From Planctomycetota bacterium (lineage in GTDB: Bacteria; Planctomycetota; Planctomycetia; JALXBF01): DNA of 41,051 nt. The stretch covers positions 75,099 through 116,149 of the forward strand of contig JALXBF010000138.1 of NCBI GenBank assembly GCA_026991575.1, written 5' to 3'. Within the stretch, counting starts at the first letter, position 1, and each line of letters opens with the position of its first letter. The translations under genes and the position numbers were made by a program. Under the pieces are notes generated by a model. That model was not told the DNA's origin. It made no database searches and saw nothing but the letters and a program-made list of their open reading frames with translations. Positions 18,935 through 28,550 of this stretch are shown here, one piece after another.

Positions 18935-21426
18935 CGTTGCCTCATCGCTGCGGCTACTGTCAGTGCCGCCAGAATCGCACCGTTTGCCGAAAGGAACATC
19001 GCGTCGTTGAACAGCAGAGCCAGATGGTAGTTCCACGCAGCGGTGCCGTAAATGGCGAAGGCCGACGCGTTCACCAGGAGCCGCACGGAAACCAGCGTAA
19101 AGAGCCCGGCGAACGGTGCTCGTCCCGGGTGGCCGTGTACCACTGCGCCGGCCAGCGCGCCTGCCGTGACAAGCACAACCACGTAGCGGGTCCACACGGC
19201 CACTGCCGCAAGCAGCATCGAGAACTGCTGATCTGCCAGTTCGACCCCGACGGCGCCGCGGTACAGCGTGTTGATGGGCAGGAACGTGTCGCGGCCGTCG
19301 GAAAAGTGAAACAGGTGAACGGCCAGCAGGGCAGCCAGGATCGTCCCGGTAGCTGTGGTCGTGTCGAGCGTGAGGCTGCCGGGGTCTGTGGCACGAATCC
19401 GGCAGCGGGATAGCCACACCAGACTGCCGAAGATAACCCATTGTTGGGGACACGGCAGCGCCAGGAGCGCGGCCGCGTGCAGCGTAGCCAGTGGCAGGCC
19501 CCCGCCAGCCAGTTCGGCCACGCACAGTGGGCCGAGGCCAACCCATGCGATACGAGCGGCCATCGGATCCACGAAGCGTCCGATGCCGGCCAGAGCCATG
19601 ATCGCGATGCCACCGGCGGCAATCACCGCGCGGCGGTCTCGCGCCAGCTGCACCGCGATGGCCGTGCCAACGGCCAGTGCGCCCAGGGCCGTTGCAGCGG
19701 TTACCACCTCCTGCCACGGCGGGGCCAACGGTTCGTAGGAGAGCTTCTGCCCAACGGTTGCAATGGCTGCCAGCGCGGCAAGGGCACCGGCCTGACGGAT
19801 CGACAGCCTACCGGGTGGGAACCGGGAGTGCCATCGAAGCAAGCTCGACCGCACCGACTGGGCAACCAGGCAACCAGCGGCCCAGTAAAGCAGCAGGTCG
19901 TTGCGTGTCCGCAGCGGGGCAGTGGCCGCGGCAACCCCTGTGGCCACTGCGCCGGGGCGTACCGTGCTCGATCGCCTTGGCCATGCTAACGCTGCCGCCA
20001 GGCACACAACAAACAGGCCGGCGGCGCGAAGCGGATGGCTTCGCCAGGTGGCAAAGCGGAAGGTGGGTAGTGCATCTGCAGCAGCGAATCCATCCACACG
20101 TCCCACCGGTGGTAGGATCCGCTCGAGCGCCACCAGCGCAACGCCGGCACTGAGGGCCAGCAGGACGGAGCGCGGCGATGAGAGGCCAACCGTCCGCACA
20201 TGCCAGCAGCTTAGCGCCACGCCGCACAGAAGCCACAGAACCCATCCGACCCGTGCCCAAAGGCGGGCACGCGCTTCAAGATCATGCAGCAGGGCGGCAA
20301 CGTCGTGGCTATTGGCTGGCGGGAGCGTGCGGCGCTGGCCACGAGCTGCGATGCGTGCAAGCGGGGGGCAGCCTGCGCGTCTGAGGCGAGCTACGTAGAC
20401 GGACAGCAGCTCGCGGCCTCGCTCCGCTGCCGTGCCGGCCAACAGTGCCATGCTCGGCTTACCCGCGTATCCGCCTGGCAAGGGGATATCCAGCCACGCG
20501 GCCATCAGGAAGGGCCAGGCAGACTGCGCGATGCGAACGGACGCTGCCGGTGCGATTGGTACAGGGCCAGCCACGGCGAACGGAGCCCAGCACACCTCGG
20601 GGGGACCGTCGCTGGAATGGCCCCCATCGTCGCGCACGCCATGGTCCGATACCAGGACGGTCAGCGTCTGGGGCAAGCAGAGTTGTAGGAGGTGCGCCAG
20701 TTGTTGGTCTACCGCGGCCGCCGCCGCCACGTACTCTCGGCTTCTGGCGCCGTGGCGATGGGCGATGGCATCGAGTGTAGCCAGGTGGACGACGACGACA
20801 CGTGCCTGCGCCGCCGGCCGCTCCAGCAGGGCTGCTGCTGCGGCTACCGCGCGACGATCGTGCTCGGGGATCCGCGCCATGTCATCCAGCACCCAGACGT
20901 AGGCTGGCCTGGTGACGTCGTGGAGCCATGCGTGGCCGGACGCGGGTCCGGCAAACCACTTGGCCCCCGGCAGCGCATCCAGCCAGGTCTCCAGCGCTCG
21001 TGGTTTGGGGGAAAGGTCGTTGTAGACGTCCCAGAGCGTTGCTGGTCTGCCCGCGAAGAAAGCCTTGTAAAAGGAAGCGCTCACTGGGAATGGCCCAGTC
21101 CGGTGCCAACCGGCGCCGCCCCTGCTCGCGACCTCGTTCCAGGTCGGCATAATGCACCGATCACGGGCGATGTCGGCGCGGAGCGCATCGACGATGAAGA
21201 CCACCAGGCGCTGAACCGTACGCCAGTGATCTCGGTGGCGACGTGTGTGCTCGGCAGACGAAGGTGCCGGTGGTGCTGATGCCCGAGGAACAGGATCCGG
21301 TGAGGCAAGCCGCACGAACAGGCTTGCCCCCGCCGCAAGCCAGACCAGGGTAAGCACAGGCACCAGTGCGTCGTGCACCTTCGGCCAGGCAGCTGACTGT
21401 AGCTCGCGGCGGCGTGCCATGCTCAT
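18868..21426 (-). CDS. Alkaline-phosphatase-superfamily membrane phosphotransferase resembling GPI ethanolamine-phosphate transferases (PIG-G/O/N)
   Basis: One N-terminal TM, then VFIVDALRAD, PFPVS..YKAFFAG, HLATLDAIAHRHG, VSDHGVRDDGGH, then a multi-TM C-terminal half. ATGA overlap with the upstream stop at 21423-21426. Confidence 0.75.
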   Translation of the reverse strand: MSMARRRELQSAAWPKVHDALVPVLTLVWLAAGASLFVRLASPDPVPRASAPPAPSSAEHTRRHRDHWRTVQRLVVFIVDALRADIARDRCIMPTWNEVASRGGAGWHRTGPFPVSASFYKAFFAGRPATLWDVYNDLSPKPRALETWLDALPGAKWFAGPASGHAWLHDVTRPAYVWVLDDMARIPEHDRRAVAAAAALLERPAAQARVVVVHLATLDAIAHRHGARSREYVAAAAAVDQQLAHLLQLCLPQTLTVLVSDHGVRDDGGHSSDGPPEVCWAPFAVAGPVPIAPAASVRIAQSAWPFLMAAWLDIPLPGGYAGKPSMALLAGTAAERGRELLSVYVARLRRAGCPPLARIAARGQRRTLPPANSHDVAALLHDLEARARLWARVGWVLWLLCGVALSCWHVRTVGLSSPRSVLLALSAGVALVALERILPPVGRVDGFAAADALPTFRFATWRSHPLRAAGLFVVCLAAALAWPRRSSTVRPGAVATGVAAATAPLRTRNDLLLYWAAGCLVAQSVRSSLLRWHSRFPPGRLSIRQAGALAALAAIATVGQKLSYEPLAPPWQEVVTAATALGALAVGTAIAVQLARDRRAVIAAGGIAIMALAGIGRFVDPMAARIAWVGLGPLCVAELAGGGLPLATLHAAALLALPCPQQWVIFGSLVWLSRCRIRATDPGSLTLDTTTATGTILAALLAVHLFHFSDGRDTFLPINTLYRGAVGVELADQQFSMLLAAVAVWTRYVVVLVTAGALAGAVVHGHPGRAPFAGLFTLVSVRLLVNASAFAIYGTAAWNYHLALLFNDAMFLSANGAILAALTVAAAMRQRWHKADGYAEQTAAMSTATCSC

Positions 21427-22307
21427 GCCGTCTGACCCCCTGGGTCCACCGCCTGGCACTCGCGCTCGACATGCCCACCACGTGCCCAGCGCAACAGCCT
21501 GGCGCCGCGCGTTATCGGGACGGCGATCGCAAGGGCCAGTAGCCAGCACGTACGAACTGTGCCAAACAGCGGTGGGCACAGCAGCCAGACGCCAGCCACG
21601 GCGGCCAACTGAGGCAACAGGTTTGGTACTTCTGTGATCCACAGCAGCCGTCGTGCCATGCGGCCGGCCGGTTCAGACCGTGACGACATCTGCCTCGATC
21701 GACTCCATGACTGTCTGCTGCCGGTCCTGTGGTAGAGAAATGCCTTGGCCACGGCTGCGCCGTGAGCTTCCGCCAGGAGGCCGCCGAGAAAAAGGGCCGT
21801 CGAGCTAGCCATGGCCACCGGGCCGAACAACCGGGCCAGAGCACCGTGCAGCGATTCGGCCAGGGCCCACCAGAGGGCCACGTGGACGACGAAATGCATG
21901 AGAAAATCGAGGTACGCACCAGTCAGAGACGCTTGCCCGGTGACGCGGGCCACCTGGCCGTCCACGTGGTCCAGCCAGTACCACACCCACAGCAGCAGCA
22001 CACCCAATGAGAAGCTCCATCCACTGCCGTTGGCGATGAAGGGCGCTGCGGCCAACCCAACGACGGCGGCGATCAACGTCACAACTGCCGGAGGTACCCC
22101 TAGCCGGCACAGCAGCCAGCTCAGCGGCAGTGCAGCGGGACGAGCGAACCAGCGTGCCAGGGGATAGCCAATCGACGGATCCTGCGGTTTGTAGGCACGC
22201 TGGCGGAACCGACGCCAACGCTGAAGGCCTGGCATCGGGCGGCGCCGCCGACGGGCGAACGTCTTTGTGGATCGCATGCCGTGTGCTGTCGTTCCTGGCG
22301 ACGCCAT
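21423..22307 (-). CDS. CDP-alcohol phosphatidyltransferase family protein
   Basis: PPAVVTL, then LDHVDGQVAR..GAYLDFLMH (DxxDGxxAR-G-D motif), several TMs. Start uncertain (22307, 22277 or 22235). Confidence 0.85.
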   Translation of the reverse strand: MASPGTTAHGMRSTKTFARRRRRPMPGLQRWRRFRQRAYKPQDPSIGYPLARWFARPAALPLSWLLCRLGVPPAVVTLIAAVVGLAAAPFIANGSGWSFSLGVLLLWVWYWLDHVDGQVARVTGQASLTGAYLDFLMHFVVHVALWWALAESLHGALARLFGPVAMASSTALFLGGLLAEAHGAAVAKAFLYHRTGSRQSWSRSRQMSSRSEPAGRMARRLLWITEVPNLLPQLAAVAGVWLLCPPLFGTVRTCWLLALAIAVPITRGARLLRWARGGHVERECQAVDPGGQTA

Positions 22308-22315
22308 CTGAGGCA

Positions 22316-23863
22316 CTACTCCCGCTCGGCTGCCTGGGTCGCCATCGAAGAGGCACGCCCTGGGCCGAGCCCGGGCTGCCGGGGCTGGCTGTACCAGACC
22401 CACAACAGCGTCACGCCCGGGGGCATGGACGCAATCGTGGCGCCGGTCACAACGTGCCACCAGCTGAAGCCGGCCAGCCAGCTGAGGGCCGCTAGCACAG
22501 CCGCGGCGTACAGGATCGCCAGCACCAGAGCGGCGAAGCTCGGCAGCAGGCGTCGTCTGGACCAAGTCGTGGCGACGCCTAAGAGCAGGCCGGCAGCCAG
22601 CGAGCTGAGTGCTGCCGCCCACCCGATGGCCGGCAGGGAGCCGGGCAGAAGCCGCAAGGCTGCGAAGGTGCCGGATGCGCCAGCGATCGCAGCGAACGCA
22701 TACGCGGCACACATGCGCCAGGAATGGCCCAGCGTGACCAGTGCGTGGCGCAAGGGCAGCGTTCCCCCAACGATGGTTGCTGCCGCAAGGGCCCCCCAGA
22801 CAGCCTCCAGCCCGACGCGGTATCGGGGCAAGAGCCACGCCGTCAGCGGGACACCGACCACTGCTGCTCCCGCCGCGATCGGAACCAAGAGCATCGTCAG
22901 CAGCGTTGCCCCGCGGAGGCCGAGCTCCAGCACCTGATCCGTGTCATTGGTCTCGGCCAGACGGATGCCCATCCGAGGGAAGAGGACGTTCGAAACCAGG
23001 TTCGCCTGGTCGAAGACGCGGCTGGCAATCAACAGCGACGTGGTGTACAGTCCCAGCAGTACTTCCCCATCCGCTGCGCACAGAATGACCATGGCACGCT
23101 CCGCGGAGCGGACGGCCATCAGGGCCAGTGCTCCGGCCGCCAGCGGCGCCCCCTGGCGCACCAGCCTGGCAGCTGTCTGACGGTGCCAGCGTGGCCAGAG
23201 GCTCAACCGTCGCGCCCGTAGCACAAACGTCAGGTTCGCGATCTCGGCCGCAATCGCGCCTGCCAGCAGTCCCACCAGGCCAAAGGCGACCGCACCGCCG
23301 GCCAGAAGGAACAACTCCAGCACCGCTCCGACGATCCGGGACCAGGCCGGCACGGTGAAGTCGAGCGAGGAACGGAGCGTGGTCAGGGCAAGCGTCAGGG
23401 CACGCCGTACGAACAGAAGCACGGCCGTGGCCACGAAGGCCAGTGCCCAATCTGGGCGACCGCGTAGTTGGCTGACCGCCGCAGCAACCAACAGCAGCAC
23501 ACTGACCACGCTGGCGGCCGCAACCTCAATGGCCATGGTGGTGTGCACGGTACGCTCTGCTCGGGTGCGATCGCCGCCGCCGGTCGCCACCGCAATCTCC
23601 ACCGCAGCGGCACGGGCAGCGCCCAGATCGGCGAAGCCCGCATAGTCCAGCACCAGGCGCACCGCCGACCAGATTCCCACCAACCCGGGGGTCAACGTGT
23701 GGCGTACGACATAGCTGGTAACGACGCCCAGGGCCGTCGCCACGTGGGAACTGGTCAGCACGGTCCAGCAATCCCGCAGAAAGCTGCGCCGAGCCGGGCG
23801 AGCGCTGCTGCTCGGTCCGCTCTCCGGCGCGCGTTGTGACGGCTGCTGCAAAGTGGCACTCAC
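22316..23863 (-). CDS. Wzx/PST-like oligosaccharide flippase (MOP superfamily)
   Basis: About 12-14 hydrophobic segments, LTPGLVGIWS, FADLG, LLGLYTTS, VLFPRMG. Heads a glycan-type operon. Confidence 0.8.
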   Translation of the reverse strand: MSATLQQPSQRAPESGPSSSARPARRSFLRDCWTVLTSSHVATALGVVTSYVVRHTLTPGLVGIWSAVRLVLDYAGFADLGAARAAAVEIAVATGGGDRTRAERTVHTTMAIEVAAASVVSVLLLVAAAVSQLRGRPDWALAFVATAVLLFVRRALTLALTTLRSSLDFTVPAWSRIVGAVLELFLLAGGAVAFGLVGLLAGAIAAEIANLTFVLRARRLSLWPRWHRQTAARLVRQGAPLAAGALALMAVRSAERAMVILCAADGEVLLGLYTTSLLIASRVFDQANLVSNVLFPRMGIRLAETNDTDQVLELGLRGATLLTMLLVPIAAGAAVVGVPLTAWLLPRYRVGLEAVWGALAAATIVGGTLPLRHALVTLGHSWRMCAAYAFAAIAGASGTFAALRLLPGSLPAIGWAAALSSLAAGLLLGVATTWSRRRLLPSFAALVLAILYAAAVLAALSWLAGFSWWHVVTGATIASMPPGVTLLWVWYSQPRQPGLGPGRASSMATQAAERE

Positions 23864-24066
23864 GGAAACCTACGTCTGTCTTCCAAGACCACGCCCTCTC
23901 CGCCCTATCTCACCGCCTTCGAATCATCCCGTCAACTTCGATCGTTCGCTGCGGCGTAAGCCAGCATTGGCACCGAACAGAGGACCTGCTCTAATGGACA
24001 GGCTGTCGGCTGAGATGCCACCCGCTCTAAGCACAAACCGCCCACCGAGCACGGGGGAACGCAGCG

Positions 24067-26547
24067 GTGTCGACCACGCCGGGCCTCGGCCACGGTGGCC
24101 TGGGGAGTTCCACAAGCGAACTGTTCCTGCAAGCATGTAGCGGTCGGCTCCGCGCAGCGGCGACCTTCCTCGGGCCATGGCTGCCGGTGGTGGTGGCCGC
24201 TGCCGTTGCCATGGCGCTACTGTCGCCGGCTCTGTTCTGCGGCTATGTGCTGAGCCCGGCGGATGTGATCCTGGTTGGCGAGGGGTTTATCGGACCGACC
24301 CACGAGCCGGCCAACCGGCTGCTGACCGACGTGGCGTTCGCCTTCGAGCCATGGCTGATCGAGGCCCGGCGTCAGCTCCGCGTCGGGCAATGGCCCTGGC
24401 TCAATCCCTACGCAGGGCTCGGTGCCCCCCTATTCGGAAACCTCCAGTCTGCTCTGCTGTGCCCGTTCAACTGGCCGTTCCTGCTGACCGGCAGCCCGCG
24501 AGCGTTCGCGTGGCAAGCGCTTGCGAAGCTGCTCTGCGCCGCCGCGGGGGTCGTGCTCCTGAGCCGACATCTAGCGTTGGGTCGCTCGGCCCAGACGCTA
24601 GCCGCCGTCTGCTACATGCTGGGCGGCTTCATGAGCTGTTGGCTGCTCTACCCGCTTGCCTCGTCGGCTGCCTGGTTCCCGTGGCTGTGCTGGTCCCTAC
24701 TTGGACTGGTACGACGGCCCAGCACCCGTCAAGTGGCAATCGTCGCTGTAACGGTGGCGCTGGCGTGGCTCGGGGGACACCCTGAGACTGTCATGCACAG
24801 CGTCCTCGGCGCAGCCCTGTTTGCGGTCATGGCGTTCCGGCCCCTGCGGCCGCGCACCGCGACGATCGCCGCTGTGAGTGCCGTGTTGCTGGGCACTGCT
24901 GTCGCCGCCGTCCAACTGGTGCCGTTCTTCAGTTACTTGAGCGTGAGCAATGTCTGGGAGCGTGGCTCGGCCACGGGTCGAACGCAGCCTGCCAGACGGC
25001 TGATGATCAGCGCAGCCTCAACGGTCTGTATGCTCGTGCCGTTTGCCTACGGGAGCTACGGCAGGAGAGACGCTCACGTCGAAAAGGCACTGGGATTGGA
25101 GAACTTCAACGAAATCGCTTCCGGCTACTGTGGCGTCCTCATTCCGGCGTTAGCCCTTCTTGCCGTGCTCGGTCGCAACCGGGCGCCACGCTGGGTGCGG
25201 GCGGCCGGCATGCTGGCGGTGCTTGGTTGGTTGGTGGGGTACCGATGGTTTCCCTTTTACGATGCGTTGCATCTTGTGCCTGGTGTTGCGCACGTGCAAC
25301 ACCAACGTCTGCTTCTGTGGCCGACGCTCTTCGCCCCACTGGTGGCTGCGTATGGTCTGCATCAACTTTCGACGGTGACGACTTACCACCGCCCGATCAG
25401 GGTCGTGACGCTGGCCTATGCGGTGCTTTGCACGACGCTAGCTCTCGGCGCTGTGGCGGTCGTCGCTGCCGGGCCGAGGCTCTACGCACATGCCCGTGAG
25501 CATTACGAGAACCTTGTCCGGCAGGGACTGCTGGACAGGCACACCGCACGGCTGAGGCTTGAGCAGCAGGGGAGGCGAGCCCCGCGGGCGCTTGCTGCTC
25601 ACTACCTGCATGCGTCCGCCCTGATGGCACTGGCCGTGAACGTGCTGTGGGCGAGCAGCGCTGCGGCGTCTACGGACGGCAAGAAGCGTTGGGTTCGGAA
25701 ACTAGGCCTGGGACCGTTGTGGCTGCTAGTGGTCATCGACCTGGCCAGCTTCAGTCTGAAGCAGTGGCCGTTCATACGCCCCGGTCAGTGGTTCCCGCCT
25801 CCGGCAGCTTCGCTTTCGGATGCCAGCCCCTTGGACCGCACGCTGTTCCTCCAGGACGTGATGCCCCCGAATGCAGCGACAGTTTACGGTGTCAGTGATC
25901 CGCGACTGTATGACGGCATGGAACATGCTGGGCTGGATCGGCTGTTTCGCTGCCTTGATCCGGCATCGGCCGGTACGGCCGACGTGCGCGGCCAGCAGCT
26001 GCTGCGGCGGCACGACTGGCGGCACAAGCTGCTGGCGGTCCTGGGCGTGAAGTGGATCGTGGCGCGCAGCCCGGCGGAGACGGCACCTTGTCTGAGGCGG
26101 GCTGGCTCGTTTGGCCGGGCCACGGTCTGGCAACTTGCCTGCCAACGTGATACCGGGCTATGGCTGCTGCCCCCCGCAAAGCGCGAGCCGCAGACCGAGC
26201 TTGACTGGCCAGAACTCGTACAACAGCTACGGCCACTGGACGTGGCGGAGCTGCACTGGGTGTCGGCCAACAAGCTTGTGGCCCACTTGGCCCCACAGGC
26301 CGGCGGTATTCCTGAGGGGACCGTTGTTCTGGGCATGTTGTGGCTTCCGGGCTGGCAGGCGCGGGCCGGCGGTGTAGCCGCGGAGTTGAGACCCGTGGCC
26401 GGTACCCTGATCGGCGTAGAAGTTACTCCGGGCACGCAGCAGCTTGAGCTCTCGTATCGGCCTCCCGGTCTGGGCCTGGCAGCAGCCGTGACGCTACTGG
26501 GCTTGGCCGCCTCGTGCGCGCTGTTTCGTTACGATAGGCAACTCTGA
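24067..26547 (+). CDS. YfhO-family membrane protein (GT-C fold glycosyltransferase-like)
   Basis: GQWPWLNPYAGLGAPLFGNLQSALL.PF, LGGHPET, AAVQLVPF, C-terminal PGWQA..G.....GVEV.PG..LELSYRP plus final TM. Confidence 0.82.
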   Translation: MSTTPGLGHGGLGSSTSELFLQACSGRLRAAATFLGPWLPVVVAAAVAMALLSPALFCGYVLSPADVILVGEGFIGPTHEPANRLLTDVAFAFEPWLIEARRQLRVGQWPWLNPYAGLGAPLFGNLQSALLCPFNWPFLLTGSPRAFAWQALAKLLCAAAGVVLLSRHLALGRSAQTLAAVCYMLGGFMSCWLLYPLASSAAWFPWLCWSLLGLVRRPSTRQVAIVAVTVALAWLGGHPETVMHSVLGAALFAVMAFRPLRPRTATIAAVSAVLLGTAVAAVQLVPFFSYLSVSNVWERGSATGRTQPARRLMISAASTVCMLVPFAYGSYGRRDAHVEKALGLENFNEIASGYCGVLIPALALLAVLGRNRAPRWVRAAGMLAVLGWLVGYRWFPFYDALHLVPGVAHVQHQRLLLWPTLFAPLVAAYGLHQLSTVTTYHRPIRVVTLAYAVLCTTLALGAVAVVAAGPRLYAHAREHYENLVRQGLLDRHTARLRLEQQGRRAPRALAAHYLHASALMALAVNVLWASSAAASTDGKKRWVRKLGLGPLWLLVVIDLASFSLKQWPFIRPGQWFPPPAASLSDASPLDRTLFLQDVMPPNAATVYGVSDPRLYDGMEHAGLDRLFRCLDPASAGTADVRGQQLLRRHDWRHKLLAVLGVKWIVARSPAETAPCLRRAGSFGRATVWQLACQRDTGLWLLPPAKREPQTELDWPELVQQLRPLDVAELHWVSANKLVAHLAPQAGGIPEGTVVLGMLWLPGWQARAGGVAAELRPVAGTLIGVEVTPGTQQLELSYRPPGLGLAAAVTLLGLAASCALFRYDRQL

Positions 26548-26576
26548 CAGGCGGGACAGCGGTTCTTACGGGAGGC

Positions 26577-28358
26577 ATGACTTTGCTGGCGTTCATCGCG
26601 CTGTTGCCCATTCTCTCGGTAGGCGTTCTGCTGGTCGGGCTCAGGCTGCCCGCGTCGGTTGCGATGCCGATCTGTTATCTGGTGACTGCAGGGGCAGCGC
26701 TGATGGTATGGCAGGTGCCTCTGGCCCGGGTGGCGGCTGCTAGCCTGCGCGGCGTGCTGATCGCGGTCGACCTGCTCTGGATCATCTTCGGGGCGCTGTT
26801 GCTGCTGGCGACGTTGGACCAGAGCGGTGCGCTGAACGCGATCCGGGGGGGGTTCACACAGCTGACCGGTGATCGACGCCTGCAGGTGTTGATCATCGCC
26901 TGGCTGTTCGGAGCATTCATTGAGGGGGCTGCCGGTTTCGGGACACCAGCGGCCGTGACCGTGCCGCTGATGGCCGGCATCGGCTTCCCACCCATGGGTG
27001 CGGTAACTGCCGGCATGTTGATCCAGAGCACGCCGGTGTCGTTCGGTGCCGTTGGGACTCCGATCCTGGTCGGTGTGAACCGCGGTCTTGGTGAGTCACC
27101 GCTGGTCACCGCGTACATGGCGGAGGTGGGCATTGAGTCGTGGGACAGCTTACTGCGTGCCATTGCCGCACGCGTTGCGGTGCTCCATGCAGCCGTTGGC
27201 TGGTCGATGCCGTTGATCATCCTGATGCTGATGACCAGGCTGTTCGGCAGTCGCCGCAGCGTTGCGGACGGAGTGCGTGCGTGGCCGATGGGCCTGGTGG
27301 CCGCGCTGGCGTTGCTCGTCCCCTATGTGGCTGCCGGTGTGCTGCTTGGCCCGGAGTTCCCGTCGCTAATGGGGGGGCTGTGCGGCCTGGCCGTCATGGT
27401 GCTCATCGTGCGGCTGGTCACCAGAAGGACGACCAGGGGGGCAACCGCGTGGGAGTTCCGGGATCGAACTGACTGGCCAGAGGAGTGGATCGGATCCATC
27501 GATCTGCGGTCGACCGGGGCCGGGCAAAGCATCCGCCCGGCCCTGGCATGGCTTCCCTACGTACTTGTCGCGGCGTTGCTCGTAGTGACGCGCGTGAAGG
27601 CTTTCGGCGTGTACGACCTGCTGCAGAAGGCGACGATTCAGTTCTCGGGCGTGTTCGGCCAGGAAGATATCGTCTTCCGGCACAACCCGCTGTACCTGCC
27701 AGGCACGATATTCGTGGCTGTCGCGCTGGTTACGGCCGTGCTACACGGGATGAGCTGGCAGCAGGTTCGTGCCGCTTGGGCGGCCACGGGGCGGTCCCTG
27801 GTGGGTGCCTCCAAAGCACTGATCTTTACCGTCCCAATGGTCCAGGTGTTCCTTTTCAGCGACCAGGGCGCGATGGGCTATGCGAAGATGCCCACCGTGC
27901 TGGCCGAGGCCACGGCTCGCCTGGCCGGCAGCTACTGGCCCCTGTGCGCGCCGTACATCGGCGGATTCGGCGCATTCGTGGCCGGGTCAAACACGATCAG
28001 CAACATGATGTTCAGCCTGTTCCAGTTCGACGTGGCGCTGCGGATCGGAGCGGACCCACTCTGGGTCGTTGCCCTTCAAGCAGTTGGTGGGGCTGCCGGG
28101 AACGTGATCTGTGTCCACAACGTCGTGGCAGCATGCGCCGTTGTGGGGTTGCTGGGCAGGGAAGGCACCGTCATCCGCAAGACGCTCCTGCCGTTCGTGT
28201 GGTACGCGGGGCTGGCGGGGGCCATAGGCTACGGCGTGATCGCGTACGAACAGGCCGGCCCGGCTAATCTGGGCTTCGTCCTTGCCGTGGTTGCTGTCGC
28301 TGGCTTCGTCGCGTTCGGGTCATGGGCGTTGTGGCGCGACGATGGTGCGCAACGATAG
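26577..28358 (+). CDS. L-lactate/glycolate permease (LctP family)
   Basis: IIFGALLLL, DRRLQVLIIAWLFGAFIEGAAGFGTPAA, PVSFGAVGTP, FVAGSNTISN, QAVGGAAGN. Confidence 0.92.
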   Translation: MTLLAFIALLPILSVGVLLVGLRLPASVAMPICYLVTAGAALMVWQVPLARVAAASLRGVLIAVDLLWIIFGALLLLATLDQSGALNAIRGGFTQLTGDRRLQVLIIAWLFGAFIEGAAGFGTPAAVTVPLMAGIGFPPMGAVTAGMLIQSTPVSFGAVGTPILVGVNRGLGESPLVTAYMAEVGIESWDSLLRAIAARVAVLHAAVGWSMPLIILMLMTRLFGSRRSVADGVRAWPMGLVAALALLVPYVAAGVLLGPEFPSLMGGLCGLAVMVLIVRLVTRRTTRGATAWEFRDRTDWPEEWIGSIDLRSTGAGQSIRPALAWLPYVLVAALLVVTRVKAFGVYDLLQKATIQFSGVFGQEDIVFRHNPLYLPGTIFVAVALVTAVLHGMSWQQVRAAWAATGRSLVGASKALIFTVPMVQVFLFSDQGAMGYAKMPTVLAEATARLAGSYWPLCAPYIGGFGAFVAGSNTISNMMFSLFQFDVALRIGADPLWVVALQAVGGAAGNVICVHNVVAACAVVGLLGREGTVIRKTLLPFVWYAGLAGAIGYGVIAYEQAGPANLGFVLAVVAVAGFVAFGSWALWRDDGAQR

Positions 28359-28550
28359 CCGATTGCCCGGCTACGTGTCGGCCCCCGTACCCGGCAACGC
28401 TTCGGAGTGGCTTGGGCAACACGGTACACTGGATATGGGGAAGGCGGGCGGTCGGTATTGCGGCTGGTGAGCCGACCGGAAGGGCGAGTTGGGCGTGCGT
28501 TCGGTTCTCCAGGTTGTTTCCGGTCTTGCTCAGATCCCGTAACGCTCGCG

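Noticed and set aside
18935..19717. N-terminal 261 aa of the 603-aa ORF 17906-19717
   Set aside because: Arg/Gly/Pro-rich off-frame shadow of the PIG-like gene. GT2 similarity begins only near 18934.
22308..22838. N-terminal extension of ORF 21423-22838
   Set aside because: Overlaps the flippase in another frame and has no protein-like composition.
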